A stretch of 64,000 nt of DNA, from assembly GCA_002010065.2 (NCBI GenBank), contig MTMD02000002.1, positions 96,001 to 160,000 of the forward strand. The letters run 5' to 3'. Origin of the DNA: Candidatus Pyrohabitans jungbluthii. Lineage in GTDB: Archaea > Hydrothermarchaeota > Hydrothermarchaeia > Hydrothermarchaeales > BMS3B. The notes beneath the pieces are model-generated. The model had not been told where the DNA came from. It saw only the letters and a program-made list of their open reading frames with translations, and ran no database searches. The stretch's first letter is position 1. Each line of letters opens with the position of its first letter. The position numbers and the translations under genes are program-made. Below, piece by piece: positions 36,674-45,337 of the stretch.

Positions 36674-37648
36674 TCATTCTAAAATAGTGGTGTTCCAGGG
36701 CAGGGAGCTGAACTGCACAACCTCGCCTGGCAAGACATCGTGGCGTATTGCTATCTTGTCCTCACCAACGAAAACAACTGTGGAGTTCCACGGATATCCC
36801 ACACTTACGGTATCTCCAGCCTTTAGAAGAAGCTCAAGCGTAATGGTTTCACCAGCCTCGGAGACCCTTGCCTTTATATTCATGCCCGGCAGCTCAACCA
36901 CATCACCCTCGCTGGCAGCCCCGAAAACTGATTCAAACTCCTCCTTTGAGACCACAACAAACCGCTTCAGGTACTCCACGCGGGGGATCTCGTCATATAT
37001 AGGGATTACCGTCACGAGCTCAGGGTTTACATCGCCGTACGCCTCACTCGGGGCAAGGGTAACCGTCTTTGTTTCGTTTATTCTCATCCCGAGCACCGCT
37101 CTTTCAAATCCGCTTATCACCTCGCCACTGCCAAGAGTGAAGGTGAAGGGCTTATAGCTACCACGGAGGTCAAACTCCTGCGCCTTAGGTATACTCTGGT
37201 CCCTCGCTATTTCCTCAATCGTCGTATCGAAGACCTGGCCATTCTCAAGTCTCCCTATATAGTCTACAGTTACGACGTCTCCTTCCTGCGCCACCTTAGG
37301 GTTAGCCACACCCTCACGCGATATATTGAGAAGCCTGACAGTGAAGGTGAGCGTTTTGCCAGCAAGGGGATGGTTATTGTCTATGAAGGCATGTGTGCCA
37401 TTGGTGTAGATCATCACCATGCCAAAGGGGGTCATAACTGTGGTATTCTCCACATTGTGGTGAAGCTTTATTGGGGGCAGCAAGGGCTCAGACTCAGGCG
37501 CCTCCTCCGGAAGTGTTTCCCCCTCAGGCTTTGAGCCAAAGAGGTTGAAAACAACACCGCTCGCCAGGATGCCGCCCACCATTATAACAAGGATGAACCA
37601 CAGCCAAAGGCGGGAGTTCTTCTCGGGTTTATTTCCTTTGCTTCTCAT
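36674..37648 (-). CDS. Membrane-anchored FKBP/SlyD-type peptidyl-prolyl isomerase, apparently circularly permuted
   Basis: N-terminal TM; IDNNHPLAGKTLTFTV precedes GDVVTVDYIGRLENGQVFDT, GEVISGFE and EAYG. Confidence 0.8.
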   Translation of the reverse strand: MRSKGNKPEKNSRLWLWFILVIMVGGILASGVVFNLFGSKPEGETLPEEAPESEPLLPPIKLHHNVENTTVMTPFGMVMIYTNGTHAFIDNNHPLAGKTLTFTVRLLNISREGVANPKVAQEGDVVTVDYIGRLENGQVFDTTIEEIARDQSIPKAQEFDLRGSYKPFTFTLGSGEVISGFERAVLGMRINETKTVTLAPSEAYGDVNPELVTVIPIYDEIPRVEYLKRFVVVSKEEFESVFGAASEGDVVELPGMNIKARVSEAGETITLELLLKAGDTVSVGYPWNSTVVFVGEDKIAIRHDVLPGEVVQFSSLPWNTTILE

Positions 37649-37671
37649 CGCACAAGCTTGCACGCTGCTCT

Positions 37672-38208
37672 TTATATAGTTTTCCTCGAATTGTTCCCGC
37701 AAGCTCTCGCGTAAAGTTTAGCCACCCCTTCCACGACCTCCTCTACGCTTAGCTTACTGGTGTCCACCATGTAGTCGTGGTTCGCATAGTAAGGGGCGCG
37801 CTGCTCCATGAGCTCCTTTATCCTTCTCAGAGGATTATCTACCCTAAGCAGGGGTCGTGAGGTATCACCGCGAAGGCGCTGGTATATCACCTCGGGCTCA
37901 GCGTGCAGATACACTATAACTCCATTCTTGCGGAGGTTGGAGATGTTCTCCTTGTTGAGCACAACCCCCCCGCCGGTTACTATCACACAGCCTTCGAGCT
38001 TTGAAACCTCCTCCACCACGCGGCGCTCCAGCTCCCGAAAGTGTGGCTCGCCGTGCTTCTGGAAAATTTCCGCAATCTTCATCCCTGCCCTGCGCTCTAT
38101 CTCCTCGTCGGTATCCACGAAGCGCAGCCCGAGCTTAGCTGCCAGAGCTTTGCCCACTGTGCTCTTTCCAGCGCCCATGAATCCTGTGAGTACGAGATTC
38201 TTCTTCAT
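37672..38208 (-). CDS. aroK: Shikimate kinase, bacterial AroK (NMP-kinase) type
   Basis: LTGFMGAGKSTVG, DTDEEIE, GEPHFRELE, TGGGVV, RPLL, RAPYY. Confidence 0.93.
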   Translation of the reverse strand: MKKNLVLTGFMGAGKSTVGKALAAKLGLRFVDTDEEIERRAGMKIAEIFQKHGEPHFRELERRVVEEVSKLEGCVIVTGGGVVLNKENISNLRKNGVIVYLHAEPEVIYQRLRGDTSRPLLRVDNPLRRIKELMEQRAPYYANHDYMVDTSKLSVEEVVEGVAKLYARACGNNSRKTI

Positions 38209-38284
38209 GATTCTTCCCCTTACGCACAGCATTGTAACGAGCTCAATCCCTAAAGCTTTATATTAAGGCGTGCTAAATATTAGC

Positions 38285-39592
38285 ATGGTTAGAGTTGCGA
38301 TAATCGGCGGCAGCGGCGAATTTGGCAGACTTTTTGCGAGAGTTTTCGCCGAGGAGGGGCACGAGGTTGTTATCACGGGCAGAGACCAGGCAAAGGGGGA
38401 GCGAGTAGCTAAGGAGATAGGTGTGCGCTTCTCGCGAGATAACGTCGCTGCCGCGAAGTGGGGGGACATAGTGATAATAAGCGTGTACATAGACAACACT
38501 GTCGAGGTTATAAAGCAGGTGGCGCCGCACGTGCGGGAGGGCTCGCTTCTAATGGATGTCACCAGTGTAAAGGTGGAGCCGTGCAAAGCGATGCTCGCCC
38601 ATGCCAGGCGAGGCGTGGAGATTATAGGCACCCACCCTATGTTCGGACCCCGCGTAACCAGCTTCGAAGGCTTGGTGTTCATCCTCACGCCGTTGCGAGG
38701 AGAGAAGTGGAAGCGCTGGCTTCTCGAGTGGCTGGAGAAGCACAAGGCGAGGGTGATAGTAACCACGCCAGAGGAGCACGACAGAATAATGAGCGTTGTT
38801 CAGTGCCTGACCCACTTCACCTACATAAGCGTAGCCTCAACGCTACGCGAGCTTGGCATTGACGTTAAATACTCCCGCCGCTTTGCCTCGCCGATTTATG
38901 AGCTGATGCTGGACCTTATCGCGCGCATTGTGGGGCAGAACCCCCACCTCTACGCCAGCATACAGATGCACAACCCCCTCGCCACGAAGGTGCACGACAC
39001 CTTCATATCGCAGGCTTCCAAGCTGCGTGGGATAGTCGCAGCCAAAGACAAGCGCGCTTTCGTTGACCTCATGGCCAAGGCAGCGCGTCACATGGGCGAC
39101 GTCGAGGCGGCGATGGGGCGCAGCGACAAAGCTATACACGCGCTGAGCGAGGAGCTCAAAAAGCTCAAGGAGAGCATAGGCAAAGAGGTTGCGCTCCGCC
39201 ACCTCTACTCTGGAGCGGTGCATATGGGCAGGGTGGTGGAGGTTGACCCGGAGAAGGTTACGCTCATAGCAGGCAAGAAAAAGGTAACCCTCAAGATAGC
39301 CAATGTGGAGCTTCTGCCCGAGGAGGAGCTTCTGCGCTACAAAGCTGAGCACCTGCCAAAGGAAAGGCGGGACTTTTCTGTTGTTTTGCCGGAGGGTGCG
39401 GATGAGAAATTTATCGCATCGCTCCTTCGGCACAGCATACGTGGAGCACTCACCTGCGAGGTCATAGACATCTACCGCGGAAAGCAGATTCCCCAGGGAA
39501 TGAAAAGCGTTACCTTCCGCGTGATTGGCGTTGACCTCGACTTTGCACAGGTGGAGCGCTTCCTGCGCGGCATAGGTGGTAGGCTAAGATGA
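38285..39592 (+). CDS. tyrA: Prephenate dehydrogenase with C-terminal extension (FDX-ACB-like)
   Basis: IIGGSGEFG, DVTSVK, THPMFGP, EHDRIMSVVQCLTH; tail RRDFSVVLPE...IDIYRGKQIPQGMKSVTFRV. Confidence 0.9.
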   Translation: MVRVAIIGGSGEFGRLFARVFAEEGHEVVITGRDQAKGERVAKEIGVRFSRDNVAAAKWGDIVIISVYIDNTVEVIKQVAPHVREGSLLMDVTSVKVEPCKAMLAHARRGVEIIGTHPMFGPRVTSFEGLVFILTPLRGEKWKRWLLEWLEKHKARVIVTTPEEHDRIMSVVQCLTHFTYISVASTLRELGIDVKYSRRFASPIYELMLDLIARIVGQNPHLYASIQMHNPLATKVHDTFISQASKLRGIVAAKDKRAFVDLMAKAARHMGDVEAAMGRSDKAIHALSEELKKLKESIGKEVALRHLYSGAVHMGRVVEVDPEKVTLIAGKKKVTLKIANVELLPEEELLRYKAEHLPKERRDFSVVLPEGADEKFIASLLRHSIRGALTCEVIDIYRGKQIPQGMKSVTFRVIGVDLDFAQVERFLRGIGGRLR

Positions 39593-40141
39593 GCTCTTCT
39601 TCCTTTCTTTTATGTAATCCTCCACCATGCCAAAGGTGATGAAGAGCAGCAAAACAAGCAGCAGAACCTTTACAAGACCATACTTCGCCGCAAGCTCTGT
39701 GAAGAGCACCTTAACCCAGCCAACTTTGGGTATCCAGAACACCACCTTCCCGCGGAGGTACTGCTCGCTCACCGGCGGGGCTAGCATGACGCGGGGGTCC
39801 TGGTCGGGGTAGGGATTCGTGAGGTTATTGTCGCCCTTGGTTATAAAGTACAGCTTTCCGTCTATCTCCTCAATCGCCACGACGCGGTGCACTACAGGTA
39901 TGTGCTTAAACGGGTTGTAGTAGACTATTATGTCCCCAACCTTCACATCCTCTGGCTCTACTCCCTTTATAACCACAAGGTCGCCCTTGCTGAACGTCGG
40001 TTCCATGCTGCTGCTCACGACCGCCATCACCGGCTTCTCTGCGCCAAGCACTAAGCCCAGGCCAAAGTTTAAGGCAATAGCGAGGATGAGCCCTATTACG
40101 ATGTACCTGCCTGTGTCTAAGAGTTCGCTTTTCACATCCAT
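39584..40141 (-). CDS. Signal peptidase I (archaeal Sec11 type)
   Basis: VVSSSMEPTFSKGDL, VVHRV, TKGDNN. Confidence 0.9.
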   Translation of the reverse strand: MDVKSELLDTGRYIVIGLILAIALNFGLGLVLGAEKPVMAVVSSSMEPTFSKGDLVVIKGVEPEDVKVGDIIVYYNPFKHIPVVHRVVAIEEIDGKLYFITKGDNNLTNPYPDQDPRVMLAPPVSEQYLRGKVVFWIPKVGWVKVLFTELAAKYGLVKVLLLVLLLFITFGMVEDYIKERKKSSS

Positions 40142-40178
40142 TATTGCTTTACCCGCAAAGATATTCTCTGAAAAATAT

Positions 40179-41123
40179 TTAAAATTCTCCAAGCTGCTCC
40201 ACGCTACACTCGCTTGCGGGCTTATCTAAGCGGAGTCTCACGAAACGGGGCATGCGCAGCCTTAAATCGCGGGTCACCGAGTCGTACGCTATTTCAGCTA
40301 CGAACTCTGGCTTTACAAAGCTCGCCTCCTTCACACCTTCATAGCCAGCCAGCTCCAGAGAGTTCACGCGAAGCTTTTCAAGCTGCTCTCTCAAGCTACG
40401 TAGCGTGGCTTCGTCAAAACCTGTGCCCACCTTGCCCACGTAGCGCAGCTCGTCGCCATGATAGAGCGCAAGTAGGAGCGCCCCAAAGCTCTCCTCTCGC
40501 TCACCTTTGCCTTTTGTGAAGCCTACAATAATGCAGTCCACACTCTTAATCCGCTTTATCTTGAGCCAATCGCTGCTTCGCTTTCCAGGATCGTAGATGC
40601 TCTTCTTCCGCTTCGCCACTATGCCCTCGAGGCCAAGTTTAAGCACAGCCTCGTAGTAAGCCTCGCCGTGCTCCTCAACGAAGTCTGCTATGACTACGTG
40701 TTTCCCCTCCCTCAGCGCTTCCCTCAGCACCTCCTTTCGCTTCATGAGGGGCGTGTTAAGTAGCGACTCGCCTCTATAAGCCAAGATGTCAAACACCACG
40801 TAGCTCGCTGGAAAGCGCTTCGCCAGGTAGGCGACGCGCTCCTGCGGGGCGTTGAGCCTCTCTATCGCAAGCTGAAAGTCTGGCTTGCCCCCGCGAAGCA
40901 CCACAATCTCGCCGTCGAGAATCGCTTTGCTGGAGACCAGCTCCTTGAGCTCCGTAAGCTCCGGAAAGGCTTCGAGCAGCTCATTACCCCGCCTGCTCCT
41001 TATGCTCAGCTTGGTGTCAATATAACTTATGGCGCGAATCCCATCCCACTTAACCTCAAAAATCCAATCGGGCGAAGAAAAGGGCTTTCTTGCTGTCTTT
41101 GCAAGCATCGGTTTAATAAACAT
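40179..41123 (-). CDS. ligD: NHEJ ATP-dependent DNA ligase (stand-alone LigD ligase domain)
   Basis: PMLA, EVKWDGIR, LDGEIV, VFDIL, EGIVAK...YDPGKRSSDWLKIK, GKVGTGF, LRMPRF. Confidence 0.92.
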   Translation of the reverse strand: MFIKPMLAKTARKPFSSPDWIFEVKWDGIRAISYIDTKLSIRSRRGNELLEAFPELTELKELVSSKAILDGEIVVLRGGKPDFQLAIERLNAPQERVAYLAKRFPASYVVFDILAYRGESLLNTPLMKRKEVLREALREGKHVVIADFVEEHGEAYYEAVLKLGLEGIVAKRKKSIYDPGKRSSDWLKIKRIKSVDCIIVGFTKGKGEREESFGALLLALYHGDELRYVGKVGTGFDEATLRSLREQLEKLRVNSLELAGYEGVKEASFVKPEFVAEIAYDSVTRDLRLRMPRFVRLRLDKPASECSVEQLGEF

Positions 41124-41126
41124 CTT

Positions 41127-41924
41127 CTACTCCTGCTTTGCCTTGAGTTCCTCCACAGTCTTTCGCAGGGCTTCCATTAGGCTCTTAACCTCCTCCTTTT
41201 CCGCCTCCTCCACCACGACGACCTCGCCCGCTAGCTTCTTGTTGATAAGCTCCTGAAGCCTCTCCACGTAGGTATCGCGGTAGCTCGCTAAGTCAAACTC
41301 CCCCGAAAGCGCGTCCACTATCGTCGCCGCCAGCTCCAGCTCCTCCTCAGGGGGCTCCTTTATGCCCTGGAGCTCCTCCATGTCCTGTGGACTTACAACC
41401 TCATGAGGATAGTGCAGCGTCGTCGCGATCAGCGCACCCCTGTAGGGGTGTACCAGTACTGGATATTCTTTAGAGCGGAGCGTAAGCCTGCCCGCCCCAG
41501 CTTTGCCCGTGCGCTGAAGGGTATATAAGAGCAGGGCATACGCCTCCTCGCTCTTATCAGGGGTGAGGATGTAGGAGGTGTGGAAGTATATCGGGTCAAC
41601 GCTGGCAAGGTCAACAAACTTCTCAAGGGCTATCTTCTTACTCGAAGCCGGCTTAATAGCCTCAAGCTCTTCTTCCTCAAAGACCACATACTCACCCTTG
41701 CGCACCTCGTAACCTTTAACTATTTCTTCCAGGGGGACCTCCTCACCGCACTTGCTACACACCCGTTTAAATTTTATTGGCGCGTTGTCTCTGCGGTGAA
41801 GCATGCGGAAGGAGAAGACCTTCTCTCGAATCATGGGGTAGAGCTTTACGGGCACGTTGACCAGGCCCACCGTTATACTCCCGCTCCATATCGCCCGCTT
41901 TGGCGGCTTAGCGCTAAGCTCCAT
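41127..41924 (-). CDS. ku: Ku protein
   Basis: RAIWSGSITVGLVNVPVKLY, IVKGYEV, FVDLASVDPIYF, YRDTY, SLMEALRKTV. Confidence 0.95.
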   Translation of the reverse strand: MELSAKPPKRAIWSGSITVGLVNVPVKLYPMIREKVFSFRMLHRRDNAPIKFKRVCSKCGEEVPLEEIVKGYEVRKGEYVVFEEEELEAIKPASSKKIALEKFVDLASVDPIYFHTSYILTPDKSEEAYALLLYTLQRTGKAGAGRLTLRSKEYPVLVHPYRGALIATTLHYPHEVVSPQDMEELQGIKEPPEEELELAATIVDALSGEFDLASYRDTYVERLQELINKKLAGEVVVVEEAEKEEVKSLMEALRKTVEELKAKQE

Positions 41925-42729
41925 ACCTCACCTCCAGCCTCTGAGGCTCAAAGAACCCGCACCAGGGGTCTCCCCTCTCAGGTACAGTATTTATATTCAA
42001 CTCCACAGGTGATAAACCTTTCTCCAGCTCTTCCCAGGCGAGAGGCGTTGAAACCGGCGCCCCTTCCAGGGGGCGCAGTGAGTATGGCGCCGCCATGGTC
42101 TTGCCCACGGCGTTCTGGGCATAGTCTATTTTAACCTCTTTTCTGAGCTTGGCAACGAAGCGCCCAAGCTCGCGCACAAATGCTCGAGTGTCCTTGAAGG
42201 AGTACTCCCTCACAATGGGAATGAGCACATGCAGTCCCCTCTTGCCCGAGGTTTTAACGTAGCTCCTTAACCCAAGCTCCCTCAGCCTGTCGTTAATCAG
42301 AAGCGCCACCTCGCGAGCTTCGGCGAAGCCGGAACCTTGAGCCGGGTCTATGTCTATGAGCACTATATCAGGCTTCTCAAAATCGTCCACCCTTGATAGC
42401 GTGACGTTTATCTCCAAGCTTGCAAGGTTAGCCATCCACAAAAGCGTGTCCAGGTCGTCGCCCACGATGTAGTTAACATAGCGCTTTGCGTGCTCTGAAT
42501 AACGCCTAAATGTTTTCACCCAGCTTGGGGTATGCGAAGGGGCGTCCTTCTCAAAGAAGCCTTTGCCTGCGATGCCATCGGGAAACCGGTGCATAACCAC
42601 AGCTCGCTTCCTAAGGTAGGGCAGCATCTTCGGCGCTACCTTGATGTAGTACTCAATCACCTTCGCTTTGGTAATACCCGGAAAAAGCTCCTTGCTGAGG
42701 TTGGTGAACTTTACCTTAGTCAGCTCCAA
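41914..42729 (-). CDS. NHEJ primase-polymerase (stand-alone LigD Pol domain)
   Basis: HRFPDGI...FFEK, DIDP, KTSGKRGLHV, IDYAQN, APYSLR...VSTPLAWEEL. Confidence 0.92.
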   Translation of the reverse strand: MELTKVKFTNLSKELFPGITKAKVIEYYIKVAPKMLPYLRKRAVVMHRFPDGIAGKGFFEKDAPSHTPSWVKTFRRYSEHAKRYVNYIVGDDLDTLLWMANLASLEINVTLSRVDDFEKPDIVLIDIDPAQGSGFAEAREVALLINDRLRELGLRSYVKTSGKRGLHVLIPIVREYSFKDTRAFVRELGRFVAKLRKEVKIDYAQNAVGKTMAAPYSLRPLEGAPVSTPLAWEELEKGLSPVELNINTVPERGDPWCGFFEPQRLEVRYGA

Positions 42730-43150
42730 CTTCTATCCCCCTCTCCACTAAAAACTCCCTCGCCGCCTTGAGCACGCGCTTGGCATTGGCATACGTAACC
42801 CTGGCGTATGCCTCCTGGAATGGAAGCCACGCATAGTCCACGTGCTCATAGCTCAGCGTAACCTCGCTGGTTTTAGCCTCCGCCAAGTAGAACACCACCT
42901 CCTTGTATACAAGCTCCCTGCCCGAGCGGTAGAAGTACTCTATCTTCTCCTTGAAGCCGGGGATAATCTCCAGCTCATTTATGCCGGTCTCTTCCTCCGC
43001 CTCCCGGAGAAGCGTTTCAATCTCACTCTCCCCCTCCTCTATATGCCCCTTCACAAAATCCCAGTGGCCTGCGCCGTACTTGAGCAGGAGGTACTCTACC
43101 CTCGAGTTCCTCTTGAATATAACCGCACCCGCACTCTTCTCTCGCCTCAA
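42716..43150 (-). CDS. Nudix hydrolase, Ap4A-hydrolase-like
   Basis: SAGAVIF, HWDFVKGHIEEGESEIETLLREAEEETG Nudix box, KEVVFYLA, LSYEHVDYAW. Confidence 0.9.
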   Translation of the reverse strand: MRREKSAGAVIFKRNSRVEYLLLKYGAGHWDFVKGHIEEGESEIETLLREAEEETGINELEIIPGFKEKIEYFYRSGRELVYKEVVFYLAEAKTSEVTLSYEHVDYAWLPFQEAYARVTYANAKRVLKAAREFLVERGIEVGAD

Positions 43151-43605
43151 TCTTTCTCCTCCTTAGCTTTGAAAAAGAGCCACGCGTTTTCGCCGCCTTT
43201 CTTGAAACGCAGCAGTACGTAGCGTCCCCGCAGCTTCTCGCCCTTTAGGTGAAATACTATCTTCTCATCCTTCCTGCTCTCCAGCTCATAGCTGCCGCGA
43301 TCCCAGATTTTCACCTCACCCGCGCCGTACATACCTTCTGGAATAACCCCCTCGAAGTTTGCGTACTCTAAGGGGTGCTCCTCTGTTTGAATCGCCAGTC
43401 TGCGCACGCCTTGCTCAGTGGGCGGCGGCTTTGGAATCGCCCAGCTTTTGAGCACACCGTCCATAGCCAAGCGAAGGTCATAGTGAAGCCTTCTCGCATG
43501 ATGCTCCTGCACAACAAAGATGTTCTCATGCTTTGCCTTCTCTTTAGGCTCTGGTTCAGGCGTTTTGGAGAAGTCGCGCTTCCGCTGGTATTCTTCAAGG
43601 CTCAT
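43147..43605 (-). CDS. NHEJ 3'-phosphoesterase (stand-alone LigD PE domain)
   Basis: MSLEEYQRKRDFSKTPEP, FVVQEHHARRLHYDLRL, LKSWAIPK, RLAIQTEEHPLEY, YGAGEVKIWDRG. Confidence 0.93.
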   Translation of the reverse strand: MSLEEYQRKRDFSKTPEPEPKEKAKHENIFVVQEHHARRLHYDLRLAMDGVLKSWAIPKPPPTEQGVRRLAIQTEEHPLEYANFEGVIPEGMYGAGEVKIWDRGSYELESRKDEKIVFHLKGEKLRGRYVLLRFKKGGENAWLFFKAKEEKD

Positions 43606-43731
43606 TGGTATTGTTTTGTAAGGATAAAACTTAAGGGTAGCGCTTGTGCGGAGTTGCAAGTTGCGATTAAAGTGGGAGAGGTGAGACTTTAAATAACCCT
43701 TTCGCCCAGTAATAAAATGAGGTGGGTGAAA

Positions 43732-44466
43732 ATGGCAAGAATACTCCAGCGAACGCCTGCAGTATGCGCTTCGATAATAGAGCACTCAGTGGACGAGTTT
43801 TTAAACACAGTGCGTTTAGCCAAGGATGCTGATATAATTGAGCTTCGCGCCGATGGGCTGAAGTTTGAGAGCTCAAGCGAAAGAGCTTACGAAGCCGAGG
43901 TTAAAAGACTTCTCAAAAATGTTCGCCTACAGACGGAACTCCCTATAATCCTAACAATACGAAGCGAAAAGGAGGGTGGAGTTTTTCCTGGTAGCGAGAA
44001 GGACATCGCCCTGTGCTTGAAGGAAGGGCTGAGGCAGGCTGACGCCGTGGATGTGGAGCTGCGCATGAATTTAGAGCTTCGCGACGAGATAATTCAGCTG
44101 GCTAAAAGCAGCGACGTTGATGTTATAGTTTCCTTCCACGACTTTAACGAGACACCAGAAGTGGATACGATGTGCGGAATAATTGAGGAGGAGGTTGATG
44201 CTGGCGCGGATATAGCAAAACTTGCAGTAACCGCAAGATCCAAACGCGACGTGGTGAATCTGCTGAAGGTGACGCAGGAGATGAGCGAGCGCCTTGATGT
44301 GCCAATAGTTACCATTTCCCTTGGCGAGCTTGGGAGGGTTACAAGGATCGCAGCACCTATGCTGGGCTCGGCGATAACCTACGGGTATGTGAATCGCGAA
44401 ACCGCGCCGGGACAGCTCAGTGTTAAGGAGCTGAAGCAGATGCTCTCAGCGTTAGGTGGAGCGTAG
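43732..44466 (+). CDS. aroD: Type I 3-dehydroquinate dehydratase
   Basis: IELRAD, TIRSEKEGG, SFHDFNETP, DIAKLAV, TAPGQ. Confidence 0.93.
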   Translation: MARILQRTPAVCASIIEHSVDEFLNTVRLAKDADIIELRADGLKFESSSERAYEAEVKRLLKNVRLQTELPIILTIRSEKEGGVFPGSEKDIALCLKEGLRQADAVDVELRMNLELRDEIIQLAKSSDVDVIVSFHDFNETPEVDTMCGIIEEEVDAGADIAKLAVTARSKRDVVNLLKVTQEMSERLDVPIVTISLGELGRVTRIAAPMLGSAITYGYVNRETAPGQLSVKELKQMLSALGGA

Positions 44467-45330
44467 ATGGTGGACGCAAAGACAAAGGTTTTCGCCGTCA
44501 TTGGCTCCCCAGTGGAGCACAGCCTCTCTCCGCAAATGCACAATGCTAGCTTTGCAGAGCTCAAGCTAAACTGCATATACGTGGCTCACCGCGTGGAAGG
44601 GCATGAGCTCCGCGACGCCATCGCAGGCTTTAAGGCGCTTAAGTACGGGGGCGTTAATGTTACGCTGCCCCACAAGCAAGAGGTTATCCCCTACCTGGAC
44701 GAGGTGAGCGAAGAGGCTAGAGCGATAGGTGCGGTCAACACCATAGAGTTCCGCGAGGGCAAAGCGATAGGGCACAATACCGACGGCGTGGGAGCGCTTA
44801 ACGCGCTAATAGAGGCAGGGGTGGAGCCGAGAGGTAAGCGCGTGCTTATCCTGGGCTCTGGTGGTGCCGCTCGAGCAATAGCCATGACCCTCGCTATTCG
44901 TGGAGGGGTGGCTGGCATCACCCTGCTCGGCAGAACCCAGGCGAAAGTTCTGGCATTGGCGAGAGATGTGGAGCGCGCCGGAAAGGTGAGGGTCAGCGCC
45001 AAGAGCCTCGCTGAAGTAGACCTGCGCAGCACCGTGGAGGAGCACGAGATAGTGATACACGCAACACCTGTAGGCATGCATCCCCGCGCTGAGGAGACGC
45101 TTCTCAGGGCGGAGCATCTCACCTCTCAGCCGGCGGTAATGGATATAGTTTACATCCCCAGAGAAACCCTGCTTCTGAAGGAGGCAAAAAAGGCGGGGTG
45201 CAAGGCTATAGACGGCGTGGGCATGCTGGTTCATCAGGGCGCTGAGGCGGAAAGAATCTGGCTTGGCGTGGAGCCGAGCATTGAAGCCATGCGTAGGGCT
45301 GTGTTAGAGGCACTTGGGGAGGAGGGATAG
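44467..45330 (+). CDS. aroE: Shikimate dehydrogenase
   Basis: HSLSPQMHN, NVTLPHK, IGAVNT, NTDGVG, GSGGAAR, MLVHQG. Confidence 0.95.
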   Translation: MVDAKTKVFAVIGSPVEHSLSPQMHNASFAELKLNCIYVAHRVEGHELRDAIAGFKALKYGGVNVTLPHKQEVIPYLDEVSEEARAIGAVNTIEFREGKAIGHNTDGVGALNALIEAGVEPRGKRVLILGSGGAARAIAMTLAIRGGVAGITLLGRTQAKVLALARDVERAGKVRVSAKSLAEVDLRSTVEEHEIVIHATPVGMHPRAEETLLRAEHLTSQPAVMDIVYIPRETLLLKEAKKAGCKAIDGVGMLVHQGAEAERIWLGVEPSIEAMRRAVLEALGEEG

Positions 45331-45337
45331 CGAAATC

